Assembly: GCA_016618085.1 (NCBI GenBank)
Contig: JABLTG010000016.1
Location: forward strand, 1 to 64,000
Origin: Neovahlkampfia damariscottae
Lineage: Eukaryota
DNA length: 64,000 bases
Direction: 5' to 3'
Under the pieces are notes generated by a model. The model saw only the letters and a program-made list of their open reading frames with translations. It was not told the DNA's origin and searched no databases. The position numbers were made by a program, and so were the translations under genes. Below, piece after piece: positions 24,371 to 36,700 of the stretch; the first letter of the stretch is position 1, and every line of letters begins with the position of its first letter.

Positions 24371-26886
24371 ATGGATTCGATTAAAAGGACAATGATTGAA
24401 CAACACTTTTATGAAACATGTGAAGATGTTCAACTGACTCAATCTGAAAGAATATTGTGCATTACAACTTCTAAAATTTTTGAAAAAACAGAAAATGTAA
24501 AAAAACATTCACTTTTAATTTTTGCAGATTTTTGATGAAGTAGATGAAAAAAATTATGAAAATTTGTTATTTTTATTGAAAGTTTCTAAAAAAATATCTG
24601 ATTGGTTAGTTGATGAGAATGAAAGCACCATAACCTTCAAAAAAAAGAAAGAAATTTTATTTCACATGATATCAGTAAGATAAATAACAACCTTTCCAAC
24701 ACCAAATAGGAAGAAGGAATTTCATTGATGATAATTTGTTTTTATCTTTATGTTGGAAAGTTTACCAATGAGATTGAAGGATTTATTTATTTAAAAAAGA
24801 AAAACAAACTAAATTCAAAATTTAAATCAAGTTTACTTCGATATTTAAAATTCTTTTCAAATTTATTAAATTTATCTTCCATACCAAGAATTATGAATTT
24901 TGGAATTAAAAATTTAAAAATAAAAAAAAAGAAAAATGAATTCAAGATTATGAAACCAATTTTATTTATTTATCAAAATGAATATTTGAAACATACATTA
25001 AATTTAAATCAAATTGAAGAAAAAGATTTTATTGAATTGAAACCAAGTCAATTAAATGAATATTTAAATTTAGATTCAGGTGATTTTCAAATTGAATTAT
25101 ATTTTACAGATAGAAATGAAATTAAAAAAATATTTAGATTTACTTATTCTACAATATTTATAAATCAAAAATTTGAATTAAATATTTTAAATAATCAATT
25201 TGACCAATTAGATCAAAATACTCAAATTTTAAATTTATATTTAAACTTCTCTCAATTGAATACTCAATCAAAAGATATTGAAGATTATAAAAATAATTTA
25301 TTATTTTATTTAAATTCATCAATCATTTTTAAAAAGAATAATTTAATTGATTATCAGTTAAATAAAAAAAGAAAATTAGAAATAAATAAACAAAGTACAC
25401 TGACTATTACTGATAGTTCACCTATAAAGAAAATTAAACCAAATATTCCAATTTTAAAATTTGAAAATGAAAAGACAACACACTCACTTGTAAAAGTATC
25501 ATCAAAAACAAAAGAGATATTTTCAACAAAAGATTCAAAAATATCAATAACATCAATACCACAAGAAGAACAACAAATACCACCACAACAACCAATTCAG
25601 ACATCAATACCACCATCAATATCAATACCAATATCAACATCAATAACACCATTAATACCAGTTGGACCTCCACCTCTACCACCACCACCATCATCACCAC
25701 CAAAATATTTAAAAAATGAAACTAAACGATCAAAAAAGAAAGTACATTGGAAACCAATAAAAATCATCAACAAAGAATCAGTAAATAATATATTTAATTA
25801 ATGATGATTTAGATTTGGAATGGTAATGAAAATGAAGATTTTGATAATTTAAAATCTAATTTTGAATTAATAAAAAAAGAAGAAAAAATGAAAAAGGGAA
25901 TAAAAATGAAAGAAATTCCAACAAATGATATTCAAACTAATTTAGTTTTAAGTTTAAATCGAATTAGAAATATTGAAATATTATTAAAACAATTTAGATA
26001 TTTAAGTTCAAGTAAAGAAGATTTAATTGAAATAATATCAAATTTAAATGATAAAAATATACATTCCTTTGAAAATTTTGAAGCATTAAAAAAGATAAAA
26101 CCAACCAATGAAGAAGTATTAAAATTTAGAAAAGAAGAAGGAGAAAATATTAAAATAAATAATGATATTGAATATTTCTTATTTCAAATATCAAAAATTA
26201 ATAAGTTTGAACAAAAGTTTAAATTCTTGGAAATTATTTTTATTTTAAAAGAAAATGATTCATTTTTAAAACTTGAAGGAAAAATAAAGAATCAAATGAA
26301 TTTATTTAAAGATATTAAAAATTCAAAGAAATTAAAAAAAATATTTGAATTAATTTTATCAAGTGGGAATATTTTAAATACTACCAATAATAATAAATTG
26401 GTAAAAGGATTTAAATTAGATTTTCTTAATCAATTAAAAAATATAAAATTAAATCAAACTTTTAATTTTTTAGATTTTATTATTTTTAAATCTGAAAATA
26501 ATAATTTTGATGATTTCTTTTTAGAATTTGAAAATAACCAATCATCTATCATTTTTATTTTTGAAATAAATAATGAAATATTAAAATATGAAGAATATAT
26601 TCAATTCTTTAATAAAGAATTAAAAACTCAAAATGAATATGAATCCAATGTAATTAAAATTTTAGAATCATTTAAAATTATTTTAATTGAAAAATATACA
26701 ATTTTAAAGAATTTATTAAATCAATTAAATGAAATATATTTAAATGATATTTTAAATTATTTTAGTGAAGATGATTGTTCAGATGAAGAATTTTTAAAAA
26801 TATTATTCAATTTTATTAGAGAATTTAAAATATCAAAGAAATTAGGAAAGTATAAAAGATTAAAAAAGTATTTATCTAATGAGTGA
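24371..26886 (+). CDS. Formin with an N-terminal PTEN-like/C2 module, short FH1 and divergent FH2
   Basis: SLLRYLKFF, KPILFIY, GDFQIELY, IFRFTYSTIFI (PTEN-C2-like); GPPPLPPPPSSPP (FH1); KKVHWKPI, RIRNIEILL, ILSSGNILN, GFKLDFL (FH2). Confidence 0.78.
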
Positions 26887-26901
26887 TCAAAATTAAAATT
26901 T

Positions 26902-28251
26902 TTAATTTTTAAATATTTTTATTTCACCCTTTTTATTTGTACCTGATATTATATAGTTTTGATTAATATTCAAAGCTGATGAAAATTCTCTTTTAAAATT
27001 AAATTGTTTTTCAAATTTAAATGTTTTTAAATTCAAAATTTTAATACCATCTTCATTTGCAATAAAACATTGATTAAATTGATTTAATTTTAAATGAGTT
27101 GATATTTTATTTTCATTCAAAATTTTTAATGGTTTTTCAAATAATCTTAAATCTCTAAATTCTAATTTTTTATTTTTATTTCCAAAAACTAAATGATAAC
27201 CATTTAAATCCATTGAATAAATTGGTGAAGTATCATTGGTTATAATTTTATTTTTTAATTTTAATATTTTTTGTTTTAAATCAAATAATAATATTTTACC
27301 ATCTTTTGAAGATGTTACAATGGATGATATTTGATCATATCTTAAATTATAAATACAACTTAAATGATCATTTGATTCATCCAATAATTTTAATGTATTT
27401 AAATCAAATAATTTTAAATTTGATTCATGAGATCCACTAATTAAACATGTTTTATTTAAACAATGTTTAATTGTATATGATGTATGATTTGGATATATTG
27501 TTGAAATACATTTCTCATTTTTAAAATTCCAAATTTTAATACTCAAATCAGTTGATGATGATATTATTCTATTATTAAATAAATTAGAATTTGATTCTTC
27601 AAATGTTGTTTCAATTAAATTTATATTATTATTTTTTTGTAAATTTAATATATTTTCAAATGGATTAGAAAATAATGTTATAGTTTCAATAATACCACCT
27701 GAATGTCCTTCAAATCTTTTAATTAAATTATTATTATTTATTGAAAGAATATCAAAATAATTTGAAAATATTGATGAATTTATCATAAAATATTCATTTG
27801 TATCATTGGTCAAATTATTTGATATTTCTTTTTCTTCTTTATTAAACATTTTATATCTTTTCTTTTTTAAATTAAATTGAATTGAACTTTCAAATTTGGG
27901 TAAAAAAGTTAAATTAGTAATTAATTCTTTAGAATTTTGTATATCTTTATATTCTTTAAATTCTTTTTGACTTTCTAAATATTGTTTATAAATAGATTTA
28001 AAATTTGAAAGTTTAGGTATTTCTTTTTCTTTTTCTTTTTCTGATAGAGAAGGTACTAATTGTTGAATAAAATGTTCTTTTATAATATTTAAATTTAATT
28101 CATTTTTATATAAATTCTCAAATAAAAAATTCTCTTTTTTTTCAATCAATTCCAAAAATAGTTTAGAAACTCTTTTTAATTTAGTTATATCAATACCATT
28201 TAAAAATAAAAATATTTGTATTGAACAATCTTCTCCAATGGTTTCAATCAT
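26902..28251 (-). CDS. F-box/WD40 repeat protein
   Basis: N-terminal F-box-like (IFLFL..LKRVSKLF) and WD repeats (FEGHSG, SSSTDLSIKIWN, TSSKDGKILLFD); intronless 449 aa. Confidence 0.8.
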   Translation of the reverse strand: MIETIGEDCSIQIFLFLNGIDITKLKRVSKLFLELIEKKENFLFENLYKNELNLNIIKEHFIQQLVPSLSEKEKEKEIPKLSNFKSIYKQYLESQKEFKEYKDIQNSKELITNLTFLPKFESSIQFNLKKKRYKMFNKEEKEISNNLTNDTNEYFMINSSIFSNYFDILSINNNNLIKRFEGHSGGIIETITLFSNPFENILNLQKNNNINLIETTFEESNSNLFNNRIISSSTDLSIKIWNFKNEKCISTIYPNHTSYTIKHCLNKTCLISGSHESNLKLFDLNTLKLLDESNDHLSCIYNLRYDQISSIVTSSKDGKILLFDLKQKILKLKNKIITNDTSPIYSMDLNGYHLVFGNKNKKLEFRDLRLFEKPLKILNENKISTHLKLNQFNQCFIANEDGIKILNLKTFKFEKQFNFKREFSSALNINQNYIISGTNKKGEIKIFKN

Positions 28252-28302
28252 CGAATATTATTGGTTAAAAAAAAAAGAAAAAAGAGGTTAATAAAATATA
28301 AT

Positions 28303-29396
28303 TCATTCATTGTCTTTTTCATTCTCTTCAATCCATTGTTTTGTTCTCGGTGAATTGAGAGGTTTTGAATCCAAGTTTGGGTTTGATGATACTTTTGAAA
28401 TTTGTATTCCCAATGAATTTTGAGGAGAAGGACTTCTTCTAGGTGATAATCTTGTATTTCTAGGTGACATTTTTGTTAAATTAAAATGTAATTCTATTTA
28501 AAAAGAAAATTAAAAAAAAGAAAGTAAACCTTTGAATCTTTCTTTTTCCGTTTCATTTTCCATTATTTCAAGTTTTAATGATTCTCTCTTTTTTTGTTCT
28601 CTTGATAATTTTTGTTCTAAAAGAAAGTTTTCTGAATTTAAATGATGAATTTCTTCTCTTAGTTTTGAATTTTTTTCTCGATCTTTTTAAAATGAATAAA
28701 AAAAGGAATAAATCTTACATTCTTGTGATTCTACTGTAAATACATTTTGTTGTTGTTTTAATGTTTCAATTTGTTTTGAAAGTACGTTAAATAATTTACT
28801 TTCACCTTCTTTATCCATTGATTCTTCAATAGTTTGAATTGTGGATGAAATAATTGATATTAACTCACTTCTTTCATTTTCTAATTGTTCTTCCAATTGA
28901 CTAGATAAAAAGTAAAAAAAAAAAAAAAAAGTGAAACATACTCTTTTTCATTCATGGCATCATAAAGTTGCTTTTGTAATTTATTAACAATATATTCTTC
29001 TTCTTGTTCAAGTTGTAATTCCAATTCAACCTTGTCTTTTTTTAATTTCTTTTTAAAATTCAATTTAAAAAAAATATTTTTACATCCAACTTCTTTTGTA
29101 AGTTATTTGTCAATGCTTCTTCTTCTTGTTCGACTTGTAAGGCAAGTCTTTTTTTTTCAATTTGTAATTCATCAAGTTTTTTTGTAAGTTTGTTCGCAAT
29201 AAAGTCTTCTTCTTCTTCAACTACCCTGAAAAAAAATATTTCATGTTTTTTAGAAGTACCTTTGAAGATTTGTGTTTGCCGCAGTCATTTTCTGAAGTTT
29301 TTTGTTGAGTTCTTCATTTTTAATTTTTTCCAATTTAAGTTCTTCTTTCACTTTTTCAAGCTCTTTTAGTGTTGCTTCGTTTGGTTCTGTGCTCAT
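28303..29396 (-). CDS. CCDC6-like (DUF2046) coiled-coil protein
   Basis: Repeats EEEEDFIANKL, EQEEEALTNNL, EQEEEYIVNKL; S/P/R-rich tail; five short introns. Confidence 0.75.
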
Positions 29397-29562
29397 TTTT
29401 TGATTGTCCAATGAAACACCAAAAGTCCTTATTGGTTCAAAATGAACGTTCGAGAATTTGAAACAAAATCAATTCATAAAAATTTTGAACATCGGAATTT
29501 ATTCAACCAATCAGGGTCGCTTTTTATTTTCATTGGTCAACATTGTAACGTCACAAAGTTAT

Positions 29563-32373
29563 ATGTCAACAGAAACAAAAACACATGTCAATGATGGAAT
29601 TGACATCAACGCAAAACAAGTATTTTTAACACTCAACTAACCTTTCATGAAAAAGTTTTCCATCAACACTTCAATAGAAAAAAAAAACACAAGTTCAACA
29701 AAAGCTACAAAAAAGAAAAGTACAACAAATAAACATTCCAGCACAAAGTTTGATATTACAAAATACCATGTTCAGTAATAAAAAAAAAAAAATAATAACA
29801 ATGACTGGCAGTTTTAATTCAATCTTTACCAACAAAGATATGTTTAACGCTTTCATGGAACATCTTCAAATGGAAATCAATCCAGGTAAAGAATTCAATT
29901 CATTTTAATGTATTGTTAAAGAACCACTTGAATTTCTGGTTGAAGAAGATAAAATTGAACCTTTCGAAAACTCAGATAACGCTGCAGCTACTATAAAACA
30001 AATTAAATTGATAGTGGATACATTTATTAAAAATGGAGCAAAAAAAGAACTCAACTTAAGTGCAACAACCAAAGAAAACCTTGTAGATTCTTTAAAAGAT
30101 CAATTAGAAAATGAAACTAAATGGATATTGAATGAAGCACCACGTCAGTTATTCTCAAATGTCAAAAGAACTATTATTTTAGAATTAAAAATGGATGTAT
30201 TTCCACGTTTCATTAGAGGTCATTTATGTCATGATGTTGTTGAAAAACATAAAAATGATAATACTATTGTTTCATTAAAACAAACAGTTCAATTTCCTTA
30301 TACGGACTCAGATTTTTATTCAAATGCTGTAACAGATCAAGACTTTCAATTCATGAAAGCACTTTCCAAAGGTAAAAAAAACAAAGATATAATTTAATGT
30401 TTTAAAAATAGATACTTTTGATTGGGATTTACTTGGTTCTTTAACTTCAAAACTTAATACATTTCATTCATCGCATAATTATTTACCAAATGTTTCATTT
30501 TTTAAAGAATGTTCAATTGCAAAGTTTGAATGTATTTTCCCATTTTCATTTGAACAAGTTATTTGTTCTTGTGTACCACTCACAGAAGCAGAAATTGTTG
30601 ATGTTAATGTTACAAGAAATACATGTGTTGAAGATATTAGTCATGATCAATTGAGAGAAATGTTAAAACAAGATATGGGAGAGAAATTTAAAATGTCAGA
30701 AAAAAATGGAAAAAGAGGTGTATCTGTAAATGTTATGGATATTAAATTACCATTCCCATTAAAAACACCAAGAAGGTAAATAAATTTAAATTAAAATAAA
30801 GATATGCTGTAAATACTTCAGTTGATTATGATCCAGAAAATAGTACATTTATGATGATTCATAAACCTGCTGTTCACAAATCATTTTGGGATAAAGATAA
30901 AAAAGATTATGAATGGACAAAAAAACATAAAGCAGAAGTTTGTGTTAAGAAAGGTGCAAAACCTGAACTCAAAGATACTTATTATATGGTAGATTTTCAA
31001 TCGTATCATATTCAAAAACTTGATGAAAAAAGAACATCATTCAAACAAATTCATGTACATCAAATATTAAAATTAACATTCTTTTTAAAAAGATTTTTGA
31101 TTTATTTGGTTGGGGATCAAGTAGATCACTTCAAAAGGCAACTCTCAAAGATAGAGGTATTGGATTGAGAAAGAGTTTTGTTGAACATATGGAAGGAAAA
31201 CATGACACAATTGAGTCATATGCTGAAAAATTAAAACAAGATGGTGTTGGAAGATTAATTTTAGACCTTAATATTAAATCACTTGATGAATCATTATCAA
31301 AATCTAAATTAGACTCCGAAACAGTGATTGAAAAAATTGAAGTGAAAAAAGAACCGAATGAAGAAGTAAAAGAAGAGGTCAAAGAAGAACCAAAAGTAGA
31401 AGTCAAAGAAGAGGTGAAAGTAGAAGTGAAAAAAGAAGAAGAAGAAAAGGAAGAGCTCAAAGAAGAATCAAAAGAGAAAGTGATCGAAGAAGTAAAAGAA
31501 ACACTTGAAACAAAAGAAGAGGTCAAAGAAGAACCAAAAGACGAACCAAAAGACGAAGTGAAGGAAGAAGCTAAGGAAACTAATGAAGAAACTAATGAAG
31601 AAACGAAAGAAGAAACGAAAGAAGAAACAAAAGAAGTAGAAGTCAAAGAAGAAACGAAAGAACAATCAACTTGTTTACCAGTCACAGAAGTTAATGAAGA
31701 AACTTCAAACCTTTCAGTACCAAACAAATTACATCAATACTGCATTGGTAAAGGAGGAGTAATCATTAAAGAGATTACAAGTGATTCTGGCTGTAAATTG
31801 AACCTTGAAGGAGACAATATTGAAATTAAAGGTGAAAATAGAAAATTAGCAATTGAATTAGTGATGAAGAAGTTAGAAATAGTTGGTTGGTTTTTTGAAA
31901 ATAATGAATGGGTCGAAAGAACAAAACAAGATGAACTTTGGAAAAAATATCGTGGAGGAGCACAAAAAGAAGTTGAACTTAGAAATGAATGTTATGAAAA
32001 ATCAAAAAAAGCATTTGAAGAAGGAGATAAAGAATTAGCAAAACAATTATCAGAAGAAGGAAAAGAACATGATGAAAAATGGAAAGTATTAACAAAAGAA
32101 GCAGGAAAGAATATTTTTAATGAAATGAATGAAAATAATGATAAAAATACAATTGATTTACATGGTTTATTTGTTGAAGAAGCTATTGAATTTGTTCAAG
32201 AAAGATTAAATGAATTAAAAGGAAATGATGTTACTTTATCAATTATTACAGGTGCTGGAAATCATTCATCTGCAGGTGCTCTTATTAAACCAAAAATTCA
32301 CGAATTATTAAAGCAAGAAGGTTTATCTTTTTCAGAAGAAAAAAATGGTCAAGTTGACGTAAAAATAAATTAA
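29563..32373 (+). CDS. RGS + START-like + E/K linker + KH + DUF1771 + Smr fusion protein
   Basis: RGS (FMEHLQMEINPEPLEF, FIKNGAKKELNL, LKMDVFPRF); START-like region; KH (IGKGG); DUF1771 helices; Smr (IDLHGL, IITGAGNHS); final exon 31093-32373 is one open frame. Confidence 0.8.
31330..31665 (+). repeat. Imperfect 12-nt coding tandem repeat (EE[V/P/T]K units)
   Basis: gaagaagtaaaa / gaagaaccaaaa / gaagaaacgaaa units; the antisense S/F-rich ORFs are shadows of this repeat. Confidence 0.75.
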
Positions 32374-32404
32374 TTTTGATTGGACAATTATTGTTTAACA
32401 AATA

Positions 32405-33790
32405 ATGAGTGTTGAGAATTTTGTTTTCAGTTTGTTTTTCTTTTTTTTATTATTTACTTTAACTACAAATGAAATTATAAATTCAAAACAAAATAATGAA
32501 ATGAAAATTAAAATTATTAATCCATTATTTAATTATTATAATAATCATCCAAATAATAATCCTTTGATGAATTTAAAGAATATAGAATTAGTATATGATG
32601 ATAAAAAAAATGATTTATATTTAAAATCAAAAAAAGAAATGAAAAAACATCATCAAATTGGTCATTTCTTTTTAAATAAATCTAAATTTATTATTGATAA
32701 ATATTTTATATTTAAAAAATTAAATTTAAATGAAAAATTATTGGTTAAATTGAATATTGATTTATTTACACTGTATTGTTTATATATATTCAAAAATATT
32801 AAAGAAAATAATAATGATTTATTTTCAAATTATTTAAAAGATATTTTAATGAGATATCCAACATTTAATTTACCAATAAATTGGAATACAAAGAATTTAA
32901 ATGATTTAAAACCATCATATTTATTAATTCATACAAAAAAAAGAAATAATGAATTGGCAGTATTATTTAAAAATATGAAGGATAATGAATTGAATTATTT
33001 AAATATTTTAAATTTAAATGATTTAAATGATATTTCATTTTCAAAATTTAAATATTATTCTTCCATTTTATATTCAAAATCAATACTAATAAAAGGAAGT
33101 GATAATAAAATTAAAAATATAAAAATATATCCTTTTATTGATTTATTGGACAGATATGAAACCAATAAAAAACAGGAAGAAGAAGAAAATGTTTTAGTTA
33201 ATTCATTAAAAGAACAAGAGACAGAAAAATCATTAATATTAATAAAAAGAGATATTAAAGAAAATATAATTTTAAAAAAGAATGAATTATCATCAAATAG
33301 TCATTTATTAGTTGATAAAGGTGTTTGTTATGAAAATAATGAAATTTCTTTAACTTATTATTCTTTAAAAGAAGAATTAAATAAACAATTTGAAAATATT
33401 AAAAATCAAAATTTGAAAAAGAATATTAAAATATTATTAAAAAAGAAGAATTTATTGAATTTAGATGTAATTCAATTGAGAGATGATACACACCCATATG
33501 ATATGGATCCTAGAATTTTATTATATTTAAGATTTATTTTAATCAAAGATTATTATCAAGTTCAAAATGTATTTAAAATATTATCAAAATTAGGTGATGC
33601 CAAAATTGGATTGTCAAATGAAAATGAAAGAAAAATGTTAAGGTTATTGTCAACAATAATTGAAAATGTATTAAAAAAATATAATGATGATAATGAACAA
33701 ACAATGAAATGCATTTCAATTTTAAAAAGGGAAGAAAAATTAGTGTTAAATAATTTTTTGAATGCAATTAAATCTGTAAAATTAAAATAA
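32405..33790 (+). CDS. Degenerate SET-domain/Rubisco-LSMT-like protein with a signal peptide
   Basis: FSNYLKDIL..LPINW, YPFIDLLD, SNSHLLVDKG, LLYLRF, SNENE patterns of the SETD3/LSMT family; hydrophobic N-terminus. Confidence 0.55.
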   Translation: MSVENFVFSLFFFFLLFTLTTNEIINSKQNNEMKIKIINPLFNYYNNHPNNNPLMNLKNIELVYDDKKNDLYLKSKKEMKKHHQIGHFFLNKSKFIIDKYFIFKKLNLNEKLLVKLNIDLFTLYCLYIFKNIKENNNDLFSNYLKDILMRYPTFNLPINWNTKNLNDLKPSYLLIHTKKRNNELAVLFKNMKDNELNYLNILNLNDLNDISFSKFKYYSSILYSKSILIKGSDNKIKNIKIYPFIDLLDRYETNKKQEEEENVLVNSLKEQETEKSLILIKRDIKENIILKKNELSSNSHLLVDKGVCYENNEISLTYYSLKEELNKQFENIKNQNLKKNIKILLKKKNLLNLDVIQLRDDTHPYDMDPRILLYLRFILIKDYYQVQNVFKILSKLGDAKIGLSNENERKMLRLLSTIIENVLKKYNDDNEQTMKCISILKREEKLVLNNFLNAIKSVKLK

Positions 33791-33793
33791 AAT

Positions 33794-36700
33794 TTATTCT
33801 TTATTTCTTTCTTTGTTGATCAAAATTTTAACTGTTTTTTCTTCATTCTTTATTTTCTTTTCATTTTTCTTTTTTGAATCAAATTTCTTTTTTACTGTTG
33901 ATTCATCACCTTTTTTTGATTGTGAACTAGTGTTATCATTCTTTTTTGATTGTAAAGTAGTGTTGTCATCCTTTTTAATATCACCTTTTTTATCATTCTT
34001 TTTAGATTTATTATTGAATTTCTTTTTATTATCTTTATGTATTTTTTTGAATGTTTCACTTGGATCCCAATGATTTGTACTATTAACTATTGATGATTTT
34101 ATTGTTGAATCTTGATTTAAATTTAATTTTGCTAATTCTTTTTCAATTTCAGTTGATGTTTTTAAATCATTTGGTGTTTTCAAATTTTGTTCAATTTTAA
34201 AAGGGAATAATATTTGTTGTGCTTTTGATTGATATTGATTTAAATATGAATTTCCTTCTTTTTCTTCTTCAACTTTCCATTGATTTTTAACAATAGATTT
34301 TTGTTTTGTTGATGAATTTGTACTCTTTTTTGGATATCTATATTTTGGATTTGATAAATTTAAAAGTGATTTAACATGAGATAATTGACCTAAATTTGAT
34401 TTTAATTTTCCATTTAATTTAGTTCCACCAATAAATTCTTCATTGAAAATAATTTCAACATGATCATTTAATAAAGATACAATGATACCAATCATACCAA
34501 ATGGTATTGAACCTGTACCTGATATATTAATTACTATATCACCTAAATTAAAATCATTTAAATAATTATATGAAAATGGAAATGGATCAGGTGGTTTATA
34601 ACATAAAAATGGATCTAAAATATCAATTTCATATTCTTTTTCTTTTTCTTCTTCTTTTTCTTCTTTCTTTAAAATATTATTTTCAATTTGATTTATAATA
34701 TCTAATGGTAATAAATCAGTTTGACAATCAATTAATTCTTCATTAAAATGTTCTAAACTCTTTAAATATTTTAATATTTCTCCAATCTTTTTTTCATGAT
34801 CTTTCTCTTCATCATCAAATAAATCAGTAATTTCAATTTTAATTTTCTTTGAATTTGATAAAATATCATTTAAATTATTAAATACATTCTTAAATTCATT
34901 AACATAATTAATAATTAAATTCATTGCTTTTTTAGAAAATAACCATGGTGATGATTGATTGGATGTTGATGATGATTGATTAAACTTATTTAAATTTGAA
35001 TTCATTCTCTTTTCTTTTGAGTCATTCAAAAAATATGATTTTTCAGTTTCATCATTACTAATTGTATTACCTGTACTACCACCACCACTGCTAGTATCCT
35101 TTCTTTTTGTAAATCCTAATAATTTTTTATTTTGTGAATTATTTTTTAATTTTAAACCAATATCTCTTTTCTTTCCATGTAAATCAAAAACGAATAATGA
35201 ACCAGTAATTAAACCCAATAATTTTGGATCTAAATTTACTTTTTGTGATATTTGATAGGTATTAAAATATTTTTCATTTTTATAATTTTTAATTTTACTT
35301 TTAATTTCATTTTTTAATAAATCATTTTGATTAAATTTGATTGGTTCAAATTTTAATTTTAATTTTTTATTTTTCAAATCAAAATCAATAATTGAAGATA
35401 ATCTACCATAATATTTTTCATTTAAAGATATTAATTTTTGATTTAATTTATAAGATAATTTTAAAGAAGGACTTGAAGATATTTGTTTAAATTTATCATC
35501 TCTGATTGGATTATAATCTTTTGGAGCAATCAAATTTGAAGGAAATGCAAATTCTTTTTCAAAATAAACTTTTGTAATTGAACCATTTTGATTCTTTTTC
35601 ATTTCTTTAAATAATTTTACATAAAATAAAACTTGAATATTTTCAATATGAATACCATATCTTGATAATAATACTTTTTTATGAAATTTAATTTCATTTA
35701 AAAATTCATCTTTTTCATTTTTTTTATGATTTTCAAATTTATTATTGTTATAATAAGTTTGATTTATATCACAAATAGATGAAACTAATACTTGTCTTGA
35801 ATATGGATATCCAATAAAAATAGTATTTCCAATTAAATGTTTAAAATCTTTTGCTTCCATTTTTAAATCTTCTTCTTCAATTAAATTTAATAATAAACTT
35901 AATTTTTTTGATGAATATCCAAATAAATTTATACCAATAACTTTTTCTTCAACTTTAATTGGAAATAAAGAAAATGTTGGAAAGTTTTCAGGTGTTTCTT
36001 TTCCAATTTTTGTATTTTCTAATAAAATTGGTTTAAATCCTTTTTCTGATGGTATTTTAAATATTTTTTGAATAACATGACAATTTTCAATATTTGAAAT
36101 ATATTTTGGTATAGTTGATTTTACAATTGAATTCTCTTTTAAATCAAATGAAAATATTAATGTATTTAAAATTTCATTTCTTTTTTTATCTTTTTCATTT
36201 AATTCAATTTTATTCATTTCATCAATTAATAATTGTTCATTAATAAATGGTAAAATAACAACACCTTCATATTCATATTTTGTACCTTCTTTATCAATTG
36301 GAAAATCTAATGGATAATATTCAAGTAATTTAGAATTTGAACTTAACATTAAACTTTGATATTCTTTTGGTAACATATGTGAACTTCTTGAAGGTAATAC
36401 ACTTAATAATTGTTGAAATGGTTCAAATGGTTTTCCTAATTCAAATTTAATTTTATCATTTAATTTTCCAATTTCAACTAAATCAGATGCTAATGGTGCA
36501 TAATGATATGGATAAAACCATGACCAACTTGAACATCCTTTAAAATAATATTGATAAACCCATGTTATTGCTTCAGTATAATGAAATAATATTTCATTCA
36601 TTTTCTCTTTATCATCAACATCTACTTTAAATTTTCTTTTATAATATTCTCTTCTCCAAAGATCAAAATCTAATCCTAATTCTCCTTTTTTTGAACATTC

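Noticed and set aside
25434..25703. V/L/M-rich hydrophobic minus-strand ORF
   Set aside because: Antisense of the formin FH1 P/S/I-rich segment
31131..31727. 198-aa S/F-rich and 65-aa F-rich minus-strand ORFs
   Set aside because: Antisense shadows of the E/K repeat in the plus-strand gene
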